Source: an uncultured cyanobacterium (GTDB lineage Bacteria; Cyanobacteriota; Cyanobacteriia; Leptolyngbyales; Leptolyngbyaceae). Taken from it: a stretch of DNA of 64,000 bases. Both the position numbers and the translations under genes were made by a program. Numbering within the stretch: position 1 is the first letter of the stretch; each line of letters begins with the position of its first letter. Under the pieces are notes generated by a model, which did not search any database, was not told the origin of the DNA, and saw only the letters and a program-made list of their open reading frames with translations. The stretch lies in assembly GCA_963766075.1 (NCBI GenBank), contig CAVYAN010000031.1, positions 37,048 through 101,047 on the forward strand. The letters run 5' to 3'. Positions 1 through 6,600 of this stretch are shown here, in pieces.

Positions 1-30
1 GATTGGCACCTAGATGTTATGTGAATCAGT

Positions 31-162
31 CTATTGCCAAACGGCTATGACATCCGTACCGTCCAAGAACTCCTCGGCCACAAGGATGTCAAAACCACGA
101 TGATCCATACCCATGTGCTCAATCGGGGCGGTTTGGGGGTGCGCAGTCCCTTAGATGCCTAA
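31..162 (+). pseudogene. intI: Integron integrase C-terminal remnant (left copy)
   Basis: Translates to [43 protein letters not shown], the IntI box II and C-terminus. In-frame TGA at 22-24, no N-terminus, and the catalytic Tyr (MIYTH) is His. Confidence 0.9.
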
Positions 163-188
163 ATCCAGGCGCAGGCTCTGGGCGCAAC

Positions 189-289
189 TTGAATATGAGT
201 TCATCGAGTTCTCGAATATTGAATATGAGTTCTCGAAAATTGAATACGAGTTCTCGAATATTGAATACGGGTTCTCGAAACTTGATCTC
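189..289 (+). repeat. 21-bp tandem repeat array (TTGAATAYGRGTTCTCGAAWH), 3 full units plus partial units
   Basis: Full units at 219-239, 240-260 and 261-281; partial units at 189-218 and 282-289. Confidence 0.9.
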
Positions 290-354
290 AAGCCATCGGT
301 GGATGGCACCCCCGCAGAAATGCCTGTCCATCCCAAATTTACTCAAAATAGGAC

Positions 355-383
355 TTGCAAAGTGCGGCGCAATTCGGTATTCT
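355..383 (+). promoter_or_regulatory. Putative sigma70 promoter TTGCAA-N17-TATTCT
   Basis: -35 at 355-360, -10 at 378-383, 17-bp spacer; identical in the right copy. Confidence 0.6.
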
Positions 384-389
384 CTTGCG

Positions 390-616
390 TTAAGGTGAGT
401 GCGCTTAGGTTTAGTACTCGCCCAGACGCCCAAAGACCTCGGTCTTAAAACGCGATCGCCCAGTGCGTGGAACCACCAAGCGATCGCTAACCCCCAAGCT
501 GAGTCAGCAGCATGGCGGCTTGTTCTATTTTACAAGCCACCCTGTTTTGCAACGCATTCGGGGTGGCTGCGGTTTTTGGGTCTTCTTCCCCCACAAAAAA
601 CACAAGGAGACCCATC
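390..616 (+). ncRNA. Putative structured leader / cis-regulatory RNA (left copy)
   Basis: Hairpins at 394-422, 433-446, 452-487, alternative 514-541 vs 535-568, and SD-sequestering 577-614; stems are preserved in the right copy. Confidence 0.55.
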
Positions 617-934
617 ATGACCACTCAACCGCCGAGTGATAGAAACGATCGCCCGTCCACTCTCAACGATTCAGGCTCACGCGATCCAGAACAGCGCACG
701 GTCAATGGCGATCGCGGCTCACCCGAAGTCCGCGACTTCATTACCGACCTCACCACCCTCGGCAACGAATGGGTCAACATCACCCTCACCGGCTCCCGCC
801 CCGCCGTCCGGGCCATGGTCAACCTCCTGCACCAAGTCAACGTGATTGGGGCCAGTGAATGGAGCAAGGCCATTGCCATCAAATCTACCCCAGTAATCAT
901 CCGCGTTGCCTCTCGGGGCATGCGTACAGAATAA
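617..934 (+). CDS. Small hypothetical protein (105 aa), paralog of 61669-61896
   Basis: AAGGAG SD before ATG 617; core WVNITLTGSRPAVRAMVNLLHQVNVIGASEWS...IRVASRG is shared with the right copy. Confidence 0.75.
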   Translation: MTTQPPSDRNDRPSTLNDSGSRDPEQRTVNGDRGSPEVRDFITDLTTLGNEWVNITLTGSRPAVRAMVNLLHQVNVIGASEWSKAIAIKSTPVIIRVASRGMRTE

Positions 935-1103
935 TTCAGGGGAAGTCAGCCGCCCTGCGGTCGCGGTATTCAGGAGCCAGGGAGCGTTAAGCATTCTGGC
1001 TCCTGGCTCCTCCCCTGTCCTGCGTTACGCAACTAGGCATGGTCAAGTAATAGCATCAAGACACAGATCCCTAAAAGATATAGCTCCCTATATAGCCATC
1101 TAG

Positions 1104-1192
1104 CTCCCTGAGCGGAGCCGAAGGGAGCAGAGCCGAAGAGAGCGGAACCGAAGGGAGCGATCGGTAGTTCGTTGAGCGGAGTCAAAACGAAC
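1104..1192. repeat. Cluster of REP-like TGAGCGGAGYCGAA palindromic repeats
   Basis: CTCCCTGAGCGGAGCCGAAGGGAG plus degenerate copies; same motif near 2356, 16207 and 61374. Confidence 0.7.
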
Positions 1193-1298
1193 GGAAAACT
1201 GTGAACCTATTGTTTAAAAAGACCTCACCCCGCGAACCAGAGTCCCTTCCTCCAAAAGAGACGCAAGGGAGATCCTGGGCACGATAAGACTGTAACAA

Positions 1299-1380
1299 TG
1301 GGCGGGGAGAGACTCGAACTCTCATACCTTTCGGTGCCGCATTTTGAGTGCGGTGCGTCTACCAATTCCGCCATCCGCCC
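1299..1380 (-). tRNA. trnL: tRNA-Leu (CAA)
   Basis: Reverse complement folds as a class II cloverleaf: GGGCGGA acceptor, CCGCA-CTCAAAA-TGCGG anticodon arm, long variable arm, GTTCGAGTC T-loop. Confidence 0.95.
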
Positions 1381-2264
1381 TTGGATGGAAGCTGCGCTTC
1401 TTTTGCAGTTTCACTATTATAGCGGATTGAGCGACTTTGGAACAGCGATTGATAATCTTTGCTGCTGGCCCAGCGATCAATCTCCCGCGCCCGCAACACC
1501 GGCACAGGATGGGTCAGTTGAGCCGTCATTGCTTGCTTCAGCATTTCCCCCAGTTGATCGTTGCTAATATCGTCGTAGGCGCGGGCTTGGGCCAGAAAAG
1601 CATCCAGGTTAAGCTGACTGGACAATTTAGCCGAGCCGCCCGCCAATTTCATCAAAACAGAACTGACAACCCGTGGGTTTTGACTGGCCAGGAGCGCGGC
1701 GCGATCGCAGCTAAATTCCGCACAGCGCACCCATTCCAAAATCTGGCTTTGCATCGTTTGGGCAATCTGTGTCCCCACTCCTGGCATTTGCCCCGCCGCC
1801 AACATCAAAATGTTAGCCAGCGTCAGATACACCCCGTGCTCGCACTTCAAATGCCCCAACTCATGGCCAATCACGGCTTGCAGTTCCTCTAATGTCAGCA
1901 GATCAATCAAGGAGGTATGCACCACAATGAACGGCTGCTTTCCCCGCATGGCAAAGGTATAGGCATTGGGCACGGGATGCTGGCGAATGTAGAGACGGGG
2001 AATTTCCAGATCCAGGACTTGACACGCCTCCACCAGCAGGGCATAAATGTCAGGCAGTTGCTGCTCGCCCACCAGAACGCTAGAAGCAATATTTTCCAGG
2101 TAAAAAAACTGTTCCGCCAGTGGTCCCAGCAGATTGCGCACAACCAAATCTAACCCCGGCAACTGTTTCAGGTTAGCAGTTGCCCGCAGATCTAAGGGAT
2201 GCCGAAACTGGTCCGCCCGCAACCCAATCAGCGGCATTTTCAAAGGAGCATTTAAAAAAGACAT
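1359..2264 (-). CDS. M48 family zinc metalloprotease (HtpX/Ste24-like)
   Basis: PNAYTF, HELGH (HExxH), EFSCDR and THP motifs. Confidence 0.9.
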   Translation of the reverse strand: MSFLNAPLKMPLIGLRADQFRHPLDLRATANLKQLPGLDLVVRNLLGPLAEQFFYLENIASSVLVGEQQLPDIYALLVEACQVLDLEIPRLYIRQHPVPNAYTFAMRGKQPFIVVHTSLIDLLTLEELQAVIGHELGHLKCEHGVYLTLANILMLAAGQMPGVGTQIAQTMQSQILEWVRCAEFSCDRAALLASQNPRVVSSVLMKLAGGSAKLSSQLNLDAFLAQARAYDDISNDQLGEMLKQAMTAQLTHPVPVLRAREIDRWASSKDYQSLFQSRSIRYNSETAKEAQLPSKGGWRNW

Positions 2265-2355
2265 GGGGTTTTCGGTAAAGACAGGGTTTAGAAAAGACAG
2301 GGTTTAGAAAAGGCAGAAGTTGTTTGGGTGATTTCCATAAAAACCCACCGACCAA

Positions 2356-2424
2356 GATTGCTCCCTGAGCGGAGAATTCCTCCCTGAGTTAAGGATTGCT
2401 CCCTGAGCGGAGTCGAAGGGAGCA
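2356..2424. repeat. REP-like repeats
   Basis: 2394-2424 is the exact reverse complement of 61374-61404. Confidence 0.7.
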
Positions 2425-2721
2425 GTTCTCCGCCCAGCCAACGGGAATGTTATTTTGAAAATTGCCTCAAGAAACCAGAAACAAGCCAGACGCCAGAAAA
2501 CATAAGGCAAAAGCAGCAATTTCCCAGTTCGCCCTTCTATCCGTCAGTATATAGTCAATTGCCTTTTCATGAAGGCGCACCCCGCCATAACAGCCTGGAC
2601 AATCATGTCTGACACCCCCTGATCCATAGCCAAAACTTAACCTGTTCCCAATCTGTCAATTACCTGACCTTGAGCTAGGCGATCTACAGTGTTTAGGATT
2701 GTTTCAATCTCCTCACACACT

Positions 2722-3354
2722 ATGCTTCAGCTCTACGCCACGCGCTCCGTCCCCCAGACTGATCCTCGGCAGTTTCTTGAAGACCTCTATCGTGGGCATG
2801 CAACGGTTACCTTTCGGTCGGGTCAACTGATTCCGATGAATCCTCAGGAAGTTTGGGTGGTCGGGCGTGGCGTGGTGCAACTGAGTACGTTCTATCCCAA
2901 CGGCGACGAGGCTTTGTTGGGGTTGGCGGTGCCTTCGATGCCCTTTGGGCTGCCCTTGTCGCTGATTCAACCGTATCAGGCGATCGCCATGTCGGATGTG
3001 CTGCTGATGTGCCTCAGCATGGCCGAATTGGAGCAGTCCCCCGACTTAGCCCAAGCGGTAATGCACCAATTAGGACGACGACTGCGCCAGACCGAAGCCA
3101 TGCTGGCCATGGCCGGGTATCGCCGGGTGGAGGAACGGCTGCGGCAACTGCTGACCCTGTTGCAGGCAGAAATTGGGCACCCTGTCCCTGGAGGCACGCG
3201 GCTGGGAGTGCGCTTGACCCATCAACACTTGGCCAGTGCCATTGGCACGACGCGGGTCACCATTACCCGATTGCTGGGCCAGTTGCGCAAGGATCAGCAA
3301 CTTGTGCTGGATGACTCGCGGCATATGGTCATTCCCGCGGGAGTAACGCTTTAG
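2722..3354 (+). CDS. Crp/Fnr family transcriptional regulator
   Basis: cNMP-binding-like N-terminus; C-terminal LTHQHLASAIGTTRVTITRLL helix-turn-helix. Start uncertain (2689 or 2722). Confidence 0.88.
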   Translation: MLQLYATRSVPQTDPRQFLEDLYRGHATVTFRSGQLIPMNPQEVWVVGRGVVQLSTFYPNGDEALLGLAVPSMPFGLPLSLIQPYQAIAMSDVLLMCLSMAELEQSPDLAQAVMHQLGRRLRQTEAMLAMAGYRRVEERLRQLLTLLQAEIGHPVPGGTRLGVRLTHQHLASAIGTTRVTITRLLGQLRKDQQLVLDDSRHMVIPAGVTL

Positions 3355-3374
3355 AGCGCAAATCTCCAGAAGGA

Positions 3375-4796
3375 TTAAAACGTGGACGACGTTTCCAGGT
3401 GAGCCAGTTCTAAACTGGCGCGAGCCTGCGATGGGTGCGGCTCCATAATTACCGCATCCAAGGCCACAACGCCGTCCATGTCGCTATCGATCGCCCGCGC
3501 CGCCTCCCAAGACAGATCCAAGTTGCGATCGCTGACATAGGGGCCGCGATCGTTGATGCGCACAATTACCGACTTGCCATTGCGCGGATTTGTCACTTTT
3601 AGATAAGTGTCGAAGGGCAAGGAGGGGTGCGCTGCTGTGAACCCATGCTGATTGAAAAAGTCTCCGGTGGCCGTTTGTCGTCCGTGGAAATAGGGGCCAT
3701 ACCAGGATGCTCGCAACTGGAGGCGCTCCGCCCCTTCCCGCAGGTCATAAAGCAAGCTCTGGGCGTAGGCTAGCTCCAACGGTGTCTTGCCCAACGCCAG
3801 CCGCAGGCGATTAATCCACTGAATGGTGAATTGATCGGCATTGCAGGTCCAGTTCTGGGCTAAATCTGGGGGCAGGGCAAACAGGAGGCGATCGCCCGCC
3901 TGACCAGCGGGCCTACCCTTTATGCGGGTGGGTTTGATCTGTTCGGCATCAAAGTTAGGATCTTGGAGGGCTTGTTCGATTTGGCGGGCAAACCCGTTGG
4001 CCAATACCGTGTTGGGCATTTGGACAATCGGTGTGTTGCCGATGTGAACCTGCGTAAATTGATTGGGCGCTGGATTCGATGCCCCCTGAATCGGCCCTTT
4101 GGCATTGTCCAGATCTCCAGCGGCGAGGGCGCAGGTTTGGAGATCGGGGGCGATCGCCGTTTGCCAAGCACTGCCGGTGCGGTTCGGGCTGAGGCGGCTC
4201 GGGTCAATGCTGATGGAACGGATGGAACTGGCTTGTAGAGTGACCGGTGGATGTCCCCCTGTCCCCGGAGCGATCGTCGTCCCTGACCATACCGTAACCC
4301 CTGACCGCACCCAAGCCTGGGCCGAAGGGTGTGGCCATAACCGATTGAGAATGCTGGGCCACACAGCCTCCAGCCCGGACGGCAGCAAGAGGCCGGAGGG
4401 CCGGTAAGCCGCGATGGGCGCGACACCAGTGTCGCGAGGAGCCTGAGGAAAATATCGCAATCTCACCGACTGTCCGGAATTGGGGCGGGATGACACGAAA
4501 GAAATCTTAGAGCCTTCAGAACCCGCCCTTCTGGAAAGCGGCGCTCCGAAAATTTGCTCTCTAGAAGTAAAGCTCTCGAATCGGCCACTTTCGGGGCGAT
4601 CTGGAGGAACAGCTTTCCAGCCCGCTGCGTCTGTCCCCCTTGGGGGCGGTTCATTGTCACACTCCTGGAGCAAATCCGGTGCTCCGGTGCGACTACAGCG
4701 GGAACTGACCTGCGATTGCGATCCCGCAGGCGGATCCGCCACTAAAAGCCAGGAACTCGTTCCCAGAGCTAGCCCAATAAATTTAGAAAAGTGCAT
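3375..4796 (-). CDS. rlpA: RlpA-family septal lytic transglycosylase with long N-terminal extension
   Basis: ASWYGPYFHGRQTATG, TAAHPSLPF, VRINDRGPY and DLS motifs. Confidence 0.85.
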   Translation of the reverse strand: MHFSKFIGLALGTSSWLLVADPPAGSQSQVSSRCSRTGAPDLLQECDNEPPPRGTDAAGWKAVPPDRPESGRFESFTSREQIFGAPLSRRAGSEGSKISFVSSRPNSGQSVRLRYFPQAPRDTGVAPIAAYRPSGLLLPSGLEAVWPSILNRLWPHPSAQAWVRSGVTVWSGTTIAPGTGGHPPVTLQASSIRSISIDPSRLSPNRTGSAWQTAIAPDLQTCALAAGDLDNAKGPIQGASNPAPNQFTQVHIGNTPIVQMPNTVLANGFARQIEQALQDPNFDAEQIKPTRIKGRPAGQAGDRLLFALPPDLAQNWTCNADQFTIQWINRLRLALGKTPLELAYAQSLLYDLREGAERLQLRASWYGPYFHGRQTATGDFFNQHGFTAAHPSLPFDTYLKVTNPRNGKSVIVRINDRGPYVSDRNLDLSWEAARAIDSDMDGVVALDAVIMEPHPSQARASLELAHLETSSTF

Positions 4797-4970
4797 GGAC
4801 GCCAACGTTTTTTGTATGAAGCACTACAAGTGCCTATAAAAAAACAATCCTACACCTTATTTTTTGTAGTTCTCAATACAGAATGTTCATCCGGTTGGAG
4901 TGGCATAACCGGGTGGGTTTAGTCATGCATGTGCTTAGAGTTACAGCTAAAAGCCGGATCCCGTCCAGCG

Positions 4971-5660
4971 TTAGGATTCTGTGACCATGCCAAAGCGATA
5001 GCCGCGCCCATAAACGGTGTGGATTAGGGGGGCGTCGGCGGCTTCGATCTTGCGGCGCAGGAGGCGAATCTGCGCCGCTAAGGCATTGCTGGTGGGCTGC
5101 TCGTCGCTGTTGCCCCACAGGTGCTGATGGATTTGCTCGTGGGTGAGTAACTGGTCGGGGTGCTGCATCAGATAGGCCAGTAATTGGGTCTCTTTCTCTG
5201 AGAGTTCGATCACGCGCTGATCCCGGTAGGCCCGCTGATTGGCGGTGTCGAGGGTCAGGGCTTCGGCGGTCAGGATAGGGGGAGCGGCAGAGGGCGATGA
5301 CGGCGGACGGCGCAGCAAAGCCCGAACTCGGGCTAGCAGTTCGCGCAGCTCAAAGGGTTTGATTAGGTAGTCATCGGCTCCGGCATCTAAGCCTTCGACG
5401 CGATCGTCCAGGGTGTCTTTGGCCGTGAGAAAAAGGACGGGGGTACCGTTGCCCTGCGATCGCAACCGCTGACAAATTTCTAACCCAGAACACTGAGGCA
5501 ACATCCAGTCCAGGATCAGTAAATCGTAGGGGCGGGCCTGTGCCAGTTCACTCCCCTGTCCACCATCGTAGGCAATATCGACCTCGTAGCCTTCGCGTTT
5601 GAGAATCCGACTGAGGGGATCAACCATTTCAAACTCATCGTCTACTAAGAGGATCCGCAT
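4971..5660 (-). CDS. OmpR-family response regulator (RppA-like)
   Basis: MRILLVDDE receiver with DWMLP and GADDYLIKPF; winged helix with IHTVYGRGY. Confidence 0.9.
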   Translation of the reverse strand: MRILLVDDEFEMVDPLSRILKREGYEVDIAYDGGQGSELAQARPYDLLILDWMLPQCSGLEICQRLRSQGNGTPVLFLTAKDTLDDRVEGLDAGADDYLIKPFELRELLARVRALLRRPPSSPSAAPPILTAEALTLDTANQRAYRDQRVIELSEKETQLLAYLMQHPDQLLTHEQIHQHLWGNSDEQPTSNALAAQIRLLRRKIEAADAPLIHTVYGRGYRFGMVTES

Positions 5661-5664
5661 GGGC

Positions 5665-6024
5665 TTAATCCAGGCCCAGTTTTTCGCGCAGGATGGCTTC
5701 TGGGTCCCGGAAGCCCACAAGGACGGCTTGGCCCGCTTTGACAAAGACGGGCCGCTTCAGGAGCATGGCATCCTGAACGAAGGCGGCAATCCAATCGGCA
5801 TCGCCCCAGGTTTGCTTGACATCCCCCAGCGCCCGGTAGGACTGGCCAGACGTATTGCGGAGAGGCAATGCCCCTAGGGCGGCTACCCAGGCTTGCACCA
5901 TGGCAACGGTGGGGGGATGCTCCTTGGTGTTGATGAATTCGTAGGGGACAGCATGGCTGTCTAGCCATTGCATTGCTTTTTTGCAGGTGCCACAGGTGGG
6001 AATTCCGTAGACTTGAATCGCCAT
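5665..6024 (-). CDS. ArsC/Spx/MgsR family protein
   Basis: YGIPTCGTCKKA (CxxC), NTSGQSYR and LLKRP motifs. Confidence 0.88.
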   Translation of the reverse strand: MAIQVYGIPTCGTCKKAMQWLDSHAVPYEFINTKEHPPTVAMVQAWVAALGALPLRNTSGQSYRALGDVKQTWGDADWIAAFVQDAMLLKRPVFVKAGQAVLVGFRDPEAILREKLGLD

Positions 6025-6600
6025 AATCCGCAGGGTGCTCAGTGAAAGAGTGCTCAGTGAAGGAATGCTCAGTGAAGATAAGGAGTGCAGGAATCTTTCC
6101 GAGAAGAGATGCTTTAGGGGAAGAGATGCTTCAGGGGAAGAGTGCTGGCTAAAAAAGGGCAGCGAGCCAATCAGCAGGGCAGCGAGCGCAGGGGGGATCT
6201 TGGGGGCAGATGTGCCAAAACCGCAGCCAAATTGAAGACTGACACAATGGATCGTAGCCTCGCAGGTGCTGAGACCCTTGGTTTACTGTAATCGGGCGAT
6301 CGCACCGTCCTTAGCCAGCCGACAAACTGACCCTTTGACTGTGCCAGTTGCGATCGCAATCCCGATATTATATCCGTAGTTCAAGCATTCAATGTGCATG
6401 CATCAGGGGTTTCTACGCAAGCAGCTTAGGGTGGTTTACCGATAATCATGTTCCGCATCAGGGTGTCTACTTTTTTGGTTTACTTTGGTACTCCGGTTGG
6501 CCGATCAACAGGCGCATCGTCGGCACAGGGGAAGATTTTTCGGCGCTAAAGTGGTAGAAGTGAAGGTGGTAGAAGAAATGCCCCCTTTTAGATAGCTGCC

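Noticed and set aside
189..289. CRISPR array
   Set aside because: Units are contiguous with no unique spacers, and there are no cas genes in the window.
119..448. ORFs with heptad repeats across the 21-bp array (also 62078-62404 and 62113-62301)
   Set aside because: Several frames are open simply because the unit is 21 bp. Starts, stops and frames differ between the two copies and there is no RBS.
1298..1567. 89-aa plus-strand ORF
   Set aside because: Antisense shadow of tRNA-Leu and the protease gene.
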